Origin: a virus
Lineage: Duplodnaviria; Caudoviricetes
Strand: one strand, 5' to 3'
DNA length: 53,608 nt
IMG/VR virus record: IMGVR_UViG_3300025646_000055
Location: 1-53,608 of that record
Position 1 is the first letter of the stretch, and each line of letters begins with the position of its first letter. Positions 1-8,693 of the stretch are shown piece by piece. The notes under the pieces were generated by a model. The model made no database searches. It was not told where the DNA came from and saw nothing but the letters and a program-made list of their open reading frames with translations. Position numbers and translations under genes: made by a program.

Positions 1-36
1 ATCAAAGTGGTGACAGCTTGGAAAGACGAGCAACTT

Positions 37-161
37 AGTCAGGTGGCGGAATGGTAGACGCTGTATAGGAGACGGAGGTCTGGTATCTCTTGGGAAAACT
101 AAAGTACCCCTATATGATATTGGTAGCTAGAATAATACAGGTTCGAATCCTGTCCTGACTA
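37..161 (+). ncRNA. tRNA-like element, AGTCAGG family copy 1, with an expanded non-canonical anticodon/variable region
   Basis: Acceptor AGTCAGG/CCTGACT+A, Leu-type D arm TGGCGGAATGGTAGACGC, T arm ACAGG-TTCGAAT-CCTGT; ~75-nt middle with no standard anticodon arm. Confidence 0.75.
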
Positions 162-184
162 CAAATTAACTTAAATAAAATAAT

Positions 185-406
185 ATGATGAAATTGTTCA
201 ATGGTGATGTTTATGATGTTGGTCAGACAGTTAATGGTATTTCAAAATTCATTTATTTTAACGATAGATGGCACTATTATGCAGAACATATTACAAGAGA
301 ATATGAATACTCTCAAGAAGATTTAACTAAATTAATTCACGATGATAAAATGAATGGATGGGACGAAGTTACTTTTTTAGGAAATATATTTTCACATATT
401 GAATAG
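185..406 (+). CDS. hypothetical protein (73 aa) between two tRNA-like elements
   Basis: ORF with A-rich upstream region. Confidence 0.7.
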   Translation: MMKLFNGDVYDVGQTVNGISKFIYFNDRWHYYAEHITREYEYSQEDLTKLIHDDKMNGWDEVTFLGNIFSHIE

Positions 407-411
407 AATTT

Positions 412-505
412 AGTCAGGTGGCGGAATTGGTAGACGCACAGAGGAGGCGTATGTACTCTCTGGTTCTGGAATAATTGAATGCTGGTTCGAGTCCAGCTCT
501 GACTA
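412..505 (+). ncRNA. tRNA-like element, AGTCAGG family copy 2
   Basis: AGTCAGG/TCTGACT+A, same D arm, T arm GCTGG-TTCGAGT-CCAGC; CAGAG/CTCTG stem with an oversized loop. Confidence 0.75.
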
Positions 506-520
506 CTTTTAAAAAAAGAC

Positions 521-551
521 TTGGCTACCCGAGATATTGTTCGTATATTTA
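521..551 (+). promoter_or_regulatory. Bacteroidota-type sigma-A promoter (TTGG-N19-TATATTTA)
   Basis: Resembles the -33 TTG / -7 TAnnTTTG consensus; 30 of 31 nt identical to 6023-6053. Confidence 0.75.
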
Positions 552-580
552 TGGAATAGAAATAAATAAAAATAAAAGTT

Positions 581-1381
581 ATGTTAAATTATCAAGCAAC
601 AGAGTTTAAAACCAACAGTGAAATTAGAACAATGGCCCCATCAGTATTTACTGATAAGCCTTCAAGTAATGTTTCTCAACACTATACCCACATTCCTACC
701 TCACGTGTAATTGAGGATATGAGGTCATTAGGATGGGATGTTGTTGATGCTAAGGAAGTTAAAGCAAGGAAAGGTCAGGGTACCCAAAAACACCTAGTAA
801 TATTCAGAAACCCAAATGTGGTTATTGATGGTGAGGATGGAGATACAGTATGGCCTCAGATTTTGCTTACCAATTCACATGATGGTAAGAATGCATTCCA
901 ATTCCAAGCTGGTTTGTTCCGTTTGGTTTGTGAGAATGGATTGGTTATTTCAACTCAAGATTTTGAGAAAGTAAAGATGCGTCACATGGGTTACACATTT
1001 GAGGAATTGCAAGAGCAAATCCGTTTCATGGTTGCTCGCCTACCTTTAACTGTTGAGTCAATGAATAAGATGAAGCAGATAGAATTGAATGAGGATCAAA
1101 TGGTAGAATTTGCTAACCGTGCCTTACAAACCCGCTTCAATGAAGAGGAAATGAACCGTATCCAAATTGATGTAAACCAATTACTGGAAGCAGACCGAAA
1201 CGAGGATAAAGGCAATGATGTATGGGTGGTATTTAATCGTATCCAGGAAAAATTATTAAACGGTGGATTCAATTATACCTCAGGTAATAAAACCCGTAAA
1301 GCCCGTAAAATCAAGAATTTCCAACAAGATACTAAAGTAAATGCTGAATTGTTTAATTTGGCACTTGAATATGTTGGTTAG
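581..1381 (+). CDS. DUF932/DUF945-family protein
   Basis: Family motif LLTNSHDG...FQAGLFRLVCENGLV. Confidence 0.85.
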   Translation: MLNYQATEFKTNSEIRTMAPSVFTDKPSSNVSQHYTHIPTSRVIEDMRSLGWDVVDAKEVKARKGQGTQKHLVIFRNPNVVIDGEDGDTVWPQILLTNSHDGKNAFQFQAGLFRLVCENGLVISTQDFEKVKMRHMGYTFEELQEQIRFMVARLPLTVESMNKMKQIELNEDQMVEFANRALQTRFNEEEMNRIQIDVNQLLEADRNEDKGNDVWVVFNRIQEKLLNGGFNYTSGNKTRKARKIKNFQQDTKVNAELFNLALEYVG

Positions 1382-1398
1382 TAAATAATCATAACCTA

Positions 1399-1430
1399 TA
1401 TGGGGGTCCTGCGGTTGGCGGGCCCCCGTA
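1399..1430 (+). terminator. GC-rich hairpin after the DUF932 gene
   Basis: TATGGGGGTCC...GGGCCCCCGTA inverted repeat; weak U-tract. Confidence 0.45.
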
Positions 1431-1588
1431 TTATATTATGGTGGGGGGTATATGTACGTATTATATTATTATTACCCACGTATGCTGATATCCGTCGATG
1501 TGGGGGTGGCGGGAAAAAGGGCCTATGGTAATGGAGAGCACTCGTACACCTTTCCACCCCCGACAAATATATACTTATATTTTAAAAA

Positions 1589-1723
1589 ATGAAAAAAATA
1601 GCAGAACAAATCCTTGAATTAGATAAGCGCCTAAAAGACCATCCTTATGATCTTACCGCTAGAACAAAACGTAATGAATTAGTTGAGGAACTATGTCATT
1701 TAATCTTGAAATCTCACCGTTAA
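1589..1723 (+). CDS. small hypothetical protein (44 aa, MKKIAEQILELDKRLKDHPYD...)
   Basis: Read manually; absent from the ORF track; A-rich start. Confidence 0.55.
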   Translation: MKKIAEQILELDKRLKDHPYDLTARTKRNELVEELCHLILKSHR

Positions 1724-1816
1724 ATCAATTATACCCCCCACAATGCGATACGTTTTACATTTTGGTCCTTTTGGTAAAGATTTCAAAATATCTTAAAGAT
1801 TTCTCTTAAAAAAGAT

Positions 1817-1847
1817 TTGGATATATGAAGGTATATTCGTATATTTA
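1817..1847 (+). promoter_or_regulatory. sigma-A-type promoter
   Basis: TTGG-N19-TATATTTA. Confidence 0.75.
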
Positions 1848-1867
1848 TATGTATAATTAAAAAAGTT

Positions 1868-2125
1868 ATGAATAAAAAAACATGGTACTTGACACCAAAA
1901 AGTCAAGAAGAAACACAAGACGTGCCTTTCGTTGTAGGAGGGTTGTATAAAAACTCTGATAATGTATTCCACATCTTAATAAGAGTTGTCGATGACAAAT
2001 ACTTTTTAGTTAATGTTTCTGATGGCGAAACAATTCATAGTTGTTATTTATCAAAAACAGACATGAAAGCCATGTTAAACGACCATTACACCCTAGTAGC
2101 AGAACAAATAGAAGCGAAGCCATGA
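1868..2125 (+). CDS. hypothetical protein
   Basis: ORF directly after a promoter; AAAAGTT-ATG start. Confidence 0.75.
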   Translation: MNKKTWYLTPKSQEETQDVPFVVGGLYKNSDNVFHILIRVVDDKYFLVNVSDGETIHSCYLSKTDMKAMLNDHYTLVAEQIEAKP

Positions 2126-2667
2126 AAAAGTACACAAAAGGAGAGCTAAACAACATCCCTGATGAGTTGGTTGAAATCATGCTTGACAGGCAAGAGCAGC
2201 AGGGGAATAAACGCGATGCGAGTGTTTTTGAGAAAGATTTAGATAATGATATAAGTGCAGGAGGTTTCAATTGGGGTAAAACTGTTGAAGATGCCAATGC
2301 TTGGCATAACGCTTTGTATTATAAAAACTTCGATGTAATTTTAAAACACCCTGCTAACCTAAAAAACAAGTACCCGATGCTTATGTGGGTTGGTAATAGT
2401 GAGGCAGCGGTTAAGAATAAAGAACGAAAACGTGTTGTTTTCATGGAGAAGTGTGGTAAATATATAACTTGGATGCACGCAGAATCTTTTGAGGAGGCAG
2501 AAAAGCATATAGATACTTGCGATTGGAAATACGCAGAACCAGTAATCGAAGAACAAGAACAGCCAGTCGAGTTTCCCACTTCATCTATACCTGAATTTGG
2601 TACAGATGAATGGATTGATGCTTGCGAGAGATTGTTTAGTGGGATGCGTAAAACCAAGTCAAATTAA
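2122..2667 (+). CDS. hypothetical protein (start revised to ATG 2122)
   Basis: ATGA overlap with the upstream stop codon. Confidence 0.75.
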   Translation: MKKYTKGELNNIPDELVEIMLDRQEQQGNKRDASVFEKDLDNDISAGGFNWGKTVEDANAWHNALYYKNFDVILKHPANLKNKYPMLMWVGNSEAAVKNKERKRVVFMEKCGKYITWMHAESFEEAEKHIDTCDWKYAEPVIEEQEQPVEFPTSSIPEFGTDEWIDACERLFSGMRKTKSN

Positions 2668-2679
2668 AATCAAGAAGGG

Positions 2680-3087
2680 ATGAAAAAATCAGATTTACAA
2701 CAGCGACTTGAAGACGTAGAAAAAGAACTTGCAGAAGCAAAGGCATTGCTTGCAAAAGTAGAAACTAAGTCAAGGGTCGTGGACTCGGTGAAGGATATAC
2801 CTAATAGAGATTGGTTTATAACTTCTGGAGGAGAGGTAGAAGATGTTAGTAGCGACGACCTTAACCAACTGTCAACCAAAGAACGAGCAGAGGCAGTACT
2901 TGCGCTTATTCAGCTAATTGAAATCCATGCAGCTATTGAGCAGGAACTTAATGCGGACTATAATATTCTGATAGTAAGTTCTTGTGAAAATAAATACATT
3001 CACTTCTATTTTGAATCAGATGAACTTGCAGAAGAGTTTCAATCCAAGCACAAGGACTTAATCGAAACCGTAAGAAAAGGGTTATGA
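2680..3087 (+). CDS. hypothetical protein with N-terminal coiled coil
   Basis: ORF within an operon. Confidence 0.75.
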   Translation: MKKSDLQQRLEDVEKELAEAKALLAKVETKSRVVDSVKDIPNRDWFITSGGEVEDVSSDDLNQLSTKERAEAVLALIQLIEIHAAIEQELNADYNILIVSSCENKYIHFYFESDELAEEFQSKHKDLIETVRKGL

Positions 3088-3620
3088 AAACAACACTAAA
3101 CCTAATTAGGCTTTGTCAACCGTGTGAGGAATCATGGAAAACCTTACTAACCTTTCTCAACAAGACAGAGGCAGACCATGAAGAATTAAGCATCAGAACG
3201 ATTCTTGATGCTTGCGGCGTATCAGATGCTATTTGGGCGCTAAGAGCAGTCGATGGTCATGATAAAGAGATACGTCTATTTGCTTGTGATTGTGCAGAAT
3301 CTGTACTTCATATCTTCGAATCCGAATATCCTAACGACAACAGACCAAAAATGGTTATTGAAACAGCTAGACGATACGCTAATGGACAAGCCACAAAACA
3401 AGAGTTAAATGTTGATGGTTCTGCTGCTTGGAATGCTGCTTGGAATGCTGCTTGGTCTGCTGCTAAGGATGCTGCTAGTTCTGCTGCTTGGTCTGCTAGT
3501 GATGCTGCTTGGTCTGCTGCTGGGAATGCTGCTAGGGTTGCTGCTTGGGGTGCTGTTTCCGCTGCTGATAGTGATGTCGAACTAGAAAAACAAAAAGAGT
3601 TTTTACTTAAGTACATTTAA
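3084..3620 (+). CDS. phage protein with Imm5-like helical domain and xAAW repeats
   Basis: RLFACDCAESVL...DNRPKMVIETARRYA followed by SAAW/NAAW repeats. Confidence 0.7.
   Translation: MKTTLNLIRLCQPCEESWKTLLTFLNKTEADHEELSIRTILDACGVSDAIWALRAVDGHDKEIRLFACDCAESVLHIFESEYPNDNRPKMVIETARRYANGQATKQELNVDGSAAWNAAWNAAWSAAKDAASSAAWSASDAAWSAAGNAARVAAWGAVSAADSDVELEKQKEFLLKYI
3420..3570 (+). repeat. degenerate 12-nt coding tandem repeat (NNTGCTGCTTGG)
   Basis: About 12 units encoding xAAx. Confidence 0.85.
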
Positions 3621-3639
3621 CCAATGAGCCCACAACTCA

Positions 3640-3996
3640 TTACACAATCTCACAACCAATATTTCCAGTTGCTTTAATTCTTACTTTAGTAGAATCAATT
3701 ATACTTGCTGGGGTGAGATCAAATGTGGTTGATCCTTCTTTAAAGATAACAATTCCCATTTTATAATCCTCTATAATTTCACCCCCAGCATTGGTTTTAT
3801 TGTCTACTACCATTCCTTGGAAAGATGCGGTAACAGCATTTCCTTGTAGATGTGGGGTGGTTTCTAAAAATAAATAACATGAACCTGATAGATTTGATTT
3901 TCCGGAAATCGTTACTGTATATGTTGTTGAGGTATTAAGGTTTTCTTTTAATAAAATACCATTACCATCTAATTCTGCTGAGCTATAAGTTGCCAT
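3640..3996 (-). CDS. hypothetical beta-rich protein on the opposite strand
   Basis: Preceded on the - strand by ATATTTATA (4009-4017) and an A-rich start. Confidence 0.75.
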   Translation of the reverse strand: MATYSSAELDGNGILLKENLNTSTTYTVTISGKSNLSGSCYLFLETTPHLQGNAVTASFQGMVVDNKTNAGGEIIEDYKMGIVIFKEGSTTFDLTPASIIDSTKVRIKATGNIGCEIV

Positions 3997-4093
3997 TTAT
4001 TTTTTGTTTATAAATATGTTAAAATTTAAGGTAGGTTTGTATATAAGTATAGGGGTAGGGATGGAGGGGGGGATTAAGTATTTGTGAGGAGAT

Positions 4094-4124
4094 TTGGCTC
4101 CCTAAAAAATTGTTCGTATATTTA
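4094..4124 (+). promoter_or_regulatory. sigma-A-type promoter
   Basis: TTGG-N19-TATATTTA. Confidence 0.75.
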
Positions 4125-4141
4125 TGTAAATTAAAAAAGTT

Positions 4142-4513
4142 ATGAAATTAGGTCCTATCGCCCAAGAGTGGGTAAAAATTAAAGAGATGTATGATGTTAA
4201 CACTAATGGAAATTCTGAGTATGGGAAGAATTTTGAAATTGGTGGTGAATTAGATCAAATGATTTCTAGTTTTATAGATAAGTTAGGGAAACTTACTGAA
4301 CATTTTGGATATCGATGTATTATTGATGGTGTAAAAATGGATTTATGGAAAGATAGAATTTGGAATTTGTGTGAAAATGCAGGTTTACTTCCTCCTCTTC
4401 CTAGATCTATTGAAGAATTTATTGATGATGAAATTAATGATGATTGGGAAAATCATATATATGAAGATACTTTTAGTGAAGATGAATTTGATAAACAAAT
4501 TTATAATGGCTAA
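4142..4513 (+). CDS. hypothetical acidic protein
   Basis: ORF after a promoter. Confidence 0.75.
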   Translation: MKLGPIAQEWVKIKEMYDVNTNGNSEYGKNFEIGGELDQMISSFIDKLGKLTEHFGYRCIIDGVKMDLWKDRIWNLCENAGLLPPLPRSIEEFIDDEINDDWENHIYEDTFSEDEFDKQIYNG

Positions 4514-4673
4514 AAAAAAGTTAAAGGTATTTGAAGAGTATTATGAGGCTGTTTTATATTGTGTATTGAATAATATAAGTTATAATACAATTTCTAAATA
4601 TCATACTCGTTTAAACACCTCAAGAGATTGGTTTGTTATCCAACATAATAAAAAAGTTTTGAAAAATGGCTGA
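4506..4673 (+). CDS. small hypothetical protein (start revised, MAKKKLKV...)
   Basis: Overlaps both neighbours by 8 nt. Confidence 0.6.
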   Translation: MAKKKLKVFEEYYEAVLYCVLNNISYNTISKYHTRLNTSRDWFVIQHNKKVLKNG

Positions 4674-4980
4674 GAAAAAAGGTTTTACAGGAAAAATGTT
4701 TTATGATTTTGATACTTCTAAATGTTGTGAGGTTGAATATAAACCCGGAAAATGGGGAAGAGTAACATCTCGTGAGTTTAGAAGTTTTAACGGTAAAAGA
4801 AGAATTTTAAACGTAGATGACCCTTCAAATTTATTTTATGAATTATATGAAGGTCCAGTATATTTTTATGGTACTAATACCAGAGTTAAGGATACTGAAT
4901 TATGTCCAGGATATAATTATCCGGGAGGAATTGATCCTAGAGAGGAATTCAGAGTAACAGGTAAAAGAGGAAGAATATGA
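4666..4980 (+). CDS. hypothetical protein
   Basis: ORF within an operon. Confidence 0.75.
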   Translation: MAEKKGFTGKMFYDFDTSKCCEVEYKPGKWGRVTSREFRSFNGKRRILNVDDPSNLFYELYEGPVYFYGTNTRVKDTELCPGYNYPGGIDPREEFRVTGKRGRI

Positions 4981-5318
4981 GATCTTTATTTTTAGGTATT
5001 TTATTATTTACTTTAGGACAGATAGCGGTGTGGTTTCAAACTAATGGTCAGTTTATATCTCCTTGGATTAAAAAAAATCCTATTATAATGTCCTTTATAG
5101 GGGTTCCTATTAGTTTTGTTTATATTTGGGCTACTACCTATATTGTAGAATATTATGGGGGAGAATTATGGCCCTCAAGACTTATAGGATTTGCAACAGG
5201 GATATTAAGTTTTAGTTTTCTTACCTATATTTATCTGGGAGAGGGATTATCTCTAAAAACATTAATAACTTTAATATTAGCTATTATAATTGTGTTAATA
5301 CAAGTGTTTTATAAATAA
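4977..5318 (+). CDS. 4-TM membrane protein (SMR/DMT-like size and topology)
   Basis: Four hydrophobic segments in 113 aa. Confidence 0.65.
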   Translation: MRSLFLGILLFTLGQIAVWFQTNGQFISPWIKKNPIIMSFIGVPISFVYIWATTYIVEYYGGELWPSRLIGFATGILSFSFLTYIYLGEGLSLKTLITLILAIIIVLIQVFYK

Positions 5319-5321
5319 ATT

Positions 5322-5543
5322 ATGGGTTATCGAGAATTATTTAAACATAATGATAAATTATATATCATTAAAGCTAAATCCCCTATTTCATCTTTTATAG
5401 ATAAACAAGGTCAACTCCATTTAAATTTTGTTAAAGAAATGCAAGATTTTTTTAAATGTAACCATACTTTAAAAACTGAATCCCATTTCTTATTTGTTGA
5501 AACAATTGAAGAAATTGAATTTGAAGAACTATGCCACGAGTAG
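5322..5543 (+). CDS. hypothetical protein
   Basis: ORF within an operon. Confidence 0.7.
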   Translation: MGYRELFKHNDKLYIIKAKSPISSFIDKQGQLHLNFVKEMQDFFKCNHTLKTESHFLFVETIEEIEFEELCHE

Positions 5544-5719
5544 ATTATGATGAGGTTATTATGGATGAAGCCTTTCATCCTTGTATCCATTGCGGTGAAA
5601 TTGAGTTTTATTGGGATGTTGATATTTATAAATGTTGTGGGTGTGGTGAAATATTAGAAGCACCCAAAACTTATAAACCCAAAGAAAAGAAAAAATTAAA
5701 AAAATTCAAAGACGAATGA
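5531..5719 (+). CDS. small zinc-ribbon protein
   Basis: CIHC...CCGC. Confidence 0.65.
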   Translation: MPRVDYDEVIMDEAFHPCIHCGEIEFYWDVDIYKCCGCGEILEAPKTYKPKEKKKLKKFKDE

Positions 5720-6015
5720 AAGATTTTTTAAAAAAACTATGGCAGTGGTTATTAGACCAAACTGATATTGATGAAATGATTGAAGCTGAAGTTGAAGAAG
5801 TAAAAAAAGAATACAAAGAAACTAAAGCTAAAATTAAAGAAGTTAAAGATGAGGTTGAACACCGAGTTGAAAGAGTAAAAGAAGAAGTTAAGGATGTAGT
5901 TGAAACTGCTCAAAAAGTAAAATCACAAATTGATGATATTAAAGGTGCAGTTAAAGGTGAGGTTAGAAAAGGTAGAAAACCTTCTACAAAAAAACCAAAA
6001 GTAAAAAAGAATTAA
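5716..6015 (+). CDS. coiled-coil, Lys/Glu-rich protein
   Basis: Amphipathic helical composition. Confidence 0.7.
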   Translation: MKDFLKKLWQWLLDQTDIDEMIEAEVEEVKKEYKETKAKIKEVKDEVEHRVERVKEEVKDVVETAQKVKSQIDDIKGAVKGEVRKGRKPSTKKPKVKKN

Positions 6016-6022
6016 AAAAAAT

Positions 6023-6053
6023 TTGGCTACCCGAGATATTGTTCGTACATTTA
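6023..6053 (+). promoter_or_regulatory. sigma-A-type promoter, near-duplicate of 521-551
   Basis: TTGGCTACCCGAGATATTGTTCGTACATTTA. Confidence 0.75.
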
Positions 6054-6074
6054 CAATGTTAAAAAATAAAGGTT

Positions 6075-6521
6075 ATGCCACTATTCATATTTGCTAATTT
6101 AAATAAACATGGGAATTTAAGAAAACGATTGATATATCGTCCTTCTTCCCAATTTTCATATTCACCTAAAGGTTTAGGTAAATTTGTTTCTACCCGCTCA
6201 TTTAAATATACTTATGAGCATGATTTTTTACCCCCAGGTTTATATACTAATTTTGAAGGAAAAAAATATATTACTCCAACTTGGCAAGAAGTTCACCCCC
6301 AAACTACCTTAGAGGATATTAATTGGATTAAACCTAAAAAAATAGAGCGTGAAATCCCTAAAGATACATGGGAATTCAAATCATCCTCTAGTGAATCAGT
6401 GTATACCGTGAAACAAACAGGACATAATAAATTTCAATGTAATTGTCCAGGATATTGGAGAAGTGCTGAGCGAAAATGTAAGCATGTAAAAGAAGTAGAA
6501 AAATGTGTGAGTGTAAAGTAA
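6075..6521 (+). CDS. SWIM zinc-finger protein
   Basis: YTV...CNCPGY...CKHV. Confidence 0.8.
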   Translation: MPLFIFANLNKHGNLRKRLIYRPSSQFSYSPKGLGKFVSTRSFKYTYEHDFLPPGLYTNFEGKKYITPTWQEVHPQTTLEDINWIKPKKIEREIPKDTWEFKSSSSESVYTVKQTGHNKFQCNCPGYWRSAERKCKHVKEVEKCVSVK

Positions 6522-6883
6522 ATTGGTGTAATAATAAAACTGAGTATTATAATAAAACTCAAAAATATATTTATTGTTCTACTCATATTAAATATAAACA
6601 ATACGCTAGTAATGCTTCTTCCCGTCCCTGGTTAATGTATAAAGTAGAAAAAATAGTTAATAATGATTTGATTTGTGAACATTGTGGGTTAGATATGATA
6701 AAACAATATGGTCAAGAAAATTTTAAATCTATTATTACAGCAATGGATGTTGATCATATTAATCCTAGTATTAAAGGTACCCCTGAAGGTGAACAACCCA
6801 ATAATTATCAGTTACTTTGTAAAATGTGTCATGTAATCAAATCTCATAAAGAAGGAGATTTTAAACCTAAAAAATATAGATAA
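6503..6883 (+). CDS. HNH endonuclease
   Basis: CEHCG...DVDHI...NYQLLCKMCHVIKS. Confidence 0.85.
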   Translation: MCECKVNWCNNKTEYYNKTQKYIYCSTHIKYKQYASNASSRPWLMYKVEKIVNNDLICEHCGLDMIKQYGQENFKSIITAMDVDHINPSIKGTPEGEQPNNYQLLCKMCHVIKSHKEGDFKPKKYR

Positions 6884-7101
6884 TGGCTAGAGAAAAAGCA
6901 TACCCTCAATCATCAGTAGTAATGGTATTTAAAACTTCTAATCGTTCAAATGCTAAACTAAAGATAAAAACTTGGAAAAATAAAACCATAGACCAAGTTT
7001 TAGAAGAAGATCTTATAGGTGTTCCTAAAAATGCAGAAATTGTGGAATTAGGATTAGGGGAAAAATTTATTAATATTTGGAAAAAGAAATATAAATTATA
7101 A
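6883..7101 (+). CDS. hypothetical protein
   Basis: TAATG stop/start coupling. Confidence 0.7.
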   Translation: MAREKAYPQSSVVMVFKTSNRSNAKLKIKTWKNKTIDQVLEEDLIGVPKNAEIVELGLGEKFINIWKKKYKL

Positions 7102-7123
7102 AAGGAGGTTTTATCCTCCCTTT
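7101..7123. terminator. putative bidirectional terminator between convergent genes
   Basis: AAA-GGAGG-TTTTAT-CCTCC-CTTT. Confidence 0.5.
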
Positions 7124-7125
7124 AC

Positions 7126-7344
7126 TTATGGATTGCTCCAAATTTCTCTATTAATTTTAGTTTTTAATTTTAAATCATTATATTGATCTAAAGTTAAAGA
7201 AGTACGAGTAACAATAACAACTTCTTTGTTATCATAAATAATAGCATCTCTATCAATGTCTATTTTTTCAACAGTTACAGCTTTTGGGGTTGAGCATGAA
7301 ACCAAACCAACCAACCCCAAAACTAAAATAAGTATTTTTTTCAT
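7126..7344 (-). CDS. small lipoprotein
   Basis: MKK + hydrophobic stretch + LVSC lipobox; ATATTTATA upstream on the - strand. Confidence 0.75.
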   Translation of the reverse strand: MKKILILVLGLVGLVSCSTPKAVTVEKIDIDRDAIIYDNKEVVIVTRTSLTLDQYNDLKLKTKINREIWSNP

Positions 7345-7431
7345 TATATATTGATTTTAGGGGTTATTACAATTATAAATATTACAGTCATATTAGAGTA
7401 ATATATTTAGTAAAAAACGTCATATTAAAAT

Positions 7432-7462
7432 TTGGATATTCGAAATATTATTTGTATATTTA
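7432..7462 (+). promoter_or_regulatory. sigma-A-type promoter
   Basis: TTGG-N19-TATATTTA. Confidence 0.7.
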
Positions 7463-7484
7463 CATATTAATAAAGATAAAGGTT

Positions 7485-7904
7485 ATGGAAAAAGAAAAAT
7501 CATTTTACGATACTTACCGCGAAAGGGTAAAAGAAGGAGCTCTTAAATTACCTAAAGCACCTACAGAAGTTGAACAAAACATTTTGTGGTTGAAATCAAT
7601 GGCTATTGAACGTATTGAAGAGATTGATAAGTTACTTGATGATAAAATTAATACATTCAGAGTCCATAACCGTAAAGAGATTACACTTTCTGAGGCTATG
7701 AAGTTAGATAAATCTGAAGGTGATTATAAATTCGGTTTTACAGAACAATATGTAAACCTTTTAATGCACTATGCTTATGAAGCAGGTAAGAAGTCAAGAG
7801 AGGATGATTTCAAAATGGCTACTGAAAGAATGAATAAAGCTCTCGAGGCTATTACCGAAATAGTTGATGAAGCTGGTTACATTGAATATCCTGAAAGTTA
7901 TTAA
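7485..7904 (+). CDS. hypothetical protein (start revised to ATG 7485)
   Basis: AAAGGTT-ATG downstream of the promoter. Confidence 0.75.
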   Translation: MEKEKSFYDTYRERVKEGALKLPKAPTEVEQNILWLKSMAIERIEEIDKLLDDKINTFRVHNRKEITLSEAMKLDKSEGDYKFGFTEQYVNLLMHYAYEAGKKSREDDFKMATERMNKALEAITEIVDEAGYIEYPESY

Positions 7905-7906
7905 TT

Positions 7907-8155
7907 ATGGATATAGAAGTTTTAGCGGATAAATACGAAGAATTAGAAAATCTAAAAAATCAAATAAACCAAGAAGAAATGGAAAAAGAAAATTTAATTA
8001 ATGAATTAGTTTTTTTAACTCAAAAACGTGATGAATTATGGGAATACCATCCAAACAATCCTGAGGGGAAAAACTTAATTAAAGTTGTAAAAGAATTAAG
8101 TGAACGAATTGATCAAATAAATGATCAATTAATTAAAAAAGAAAGTCAAAAATAA
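7907..8155 (+). CDS. coiled-coil hypothetical protein
   Basis: ORF within an operon. Confidence 0.7.
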   Translation: MDIEVLADKYEELENLKNQINQEEMEKENLINELVFLTQKRDELWEYHPNNPEGKNLIKVVKELSERIDQINDQLIKKESQK

Positions 8156-8156
8156 T

Positions 8157-8187
8157 TTGGATATTAGTTAACTTTTTTGTATATTCA
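8157..8187 (+). promoter_or_regulatory. promoter heading the RNA island
   Basis: TTGG-N19-TATATTCA. Confidence 0.7.
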
Positions 8188-8214
8188 CATATGTATAATT
8201 AAATAAATTAAAAG

Positions 8215-8337
8215 GTGAAACATTTACTCAACATATCAATTCAAGAACGTTTAGCAGTAACCGCTGTTATGACAACGTCATGGGATTATAGCAGAGGGTT
8301 TAATCCGAAGCAATTTCCCGGGTTTAATATAAGTTGA
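8215..8337 (+). CDS. candidate leader peptide (40 aa, MKHLLNISIQERLAVTAVMTTSWDYSRGFNPKQFPGFNIS)
   Basis: GTG start after an A-rich region, located between promoter and terminator. Confidence 0.55.
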   Translation: MKHLLNISIQERLAVTAVMTTSWDYSRGFNPKQFPGFNIS

Positions 8338-8366
8338 GTATTTTTAAAATATAAAAACTAAAATTT

Positions 8367-8396
8367 AAACCCGGTCCTAAAAAACCGGGTTTTTTT
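8367..8396 (+). terminator. intrinsic terminator / attenuator
   Basis: AAACCCGGT/ACCGGGTTT stem plus T-run. Confidence 0.8.
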
Positions 8397-8413
8397 GTTC
8401 TTTAATATAAAAT

Positions 8414-8487
8414 CTAGATGCGATCCATTGGTGTGGTTACCTCACTTGGACTGAGGGTTATTGAGAGTTCGAGTCTCTCCATCTAGA
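8414..8487 (+). tRNA. tRNA-Pro(TGG), atypical D arm
   Basis: CTAGATG/CATCTAG; CCTCA-CTTGGAC-TGAGG. Confidence 0.7.
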
Positions 8488-8492
8488 CATAT

Positions 8493-8565
8493 GCCTTCGT
8501 AGCTCAGTTGGTAGAGCTCCTGATTTGTAATCAGATGGTCATCGGTTCGAATCCGGTCGAAGGCT
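8493..8565 (+). tRNA. tRNA-Thr(TGT)
   Basis: Cloverleaf, loop TTTGTAA. Confidence 0.92.
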
Positions 8566-8600
8566 CAAATGTTGAGTCATATCAACGTCATACCAGATAT

Positions 8601-8631
8601 TTGGTTATATAAATATATATTCGTATATTTA
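8601..8631 (+). promoter_or_regulatory. sigma-A-type promoter, followed by boxA-like GTTCCTTGACAT (8668-8679)
   Basis: TTGG-N19-TATATTTA. Confidence 0.75.
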
Positions 8632-8693
8632 CCAAGTTGAAAAATGATAAGATAATTCAACAAAAAAGTTCCTTGACATCTTGAAAAACCTGA

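Noticed and set aside
3084-3620. Diversity-generating retroelement target
   Set aside because: No template repeat or reverse transcriptase in the window; the variation is not adenine-specific.
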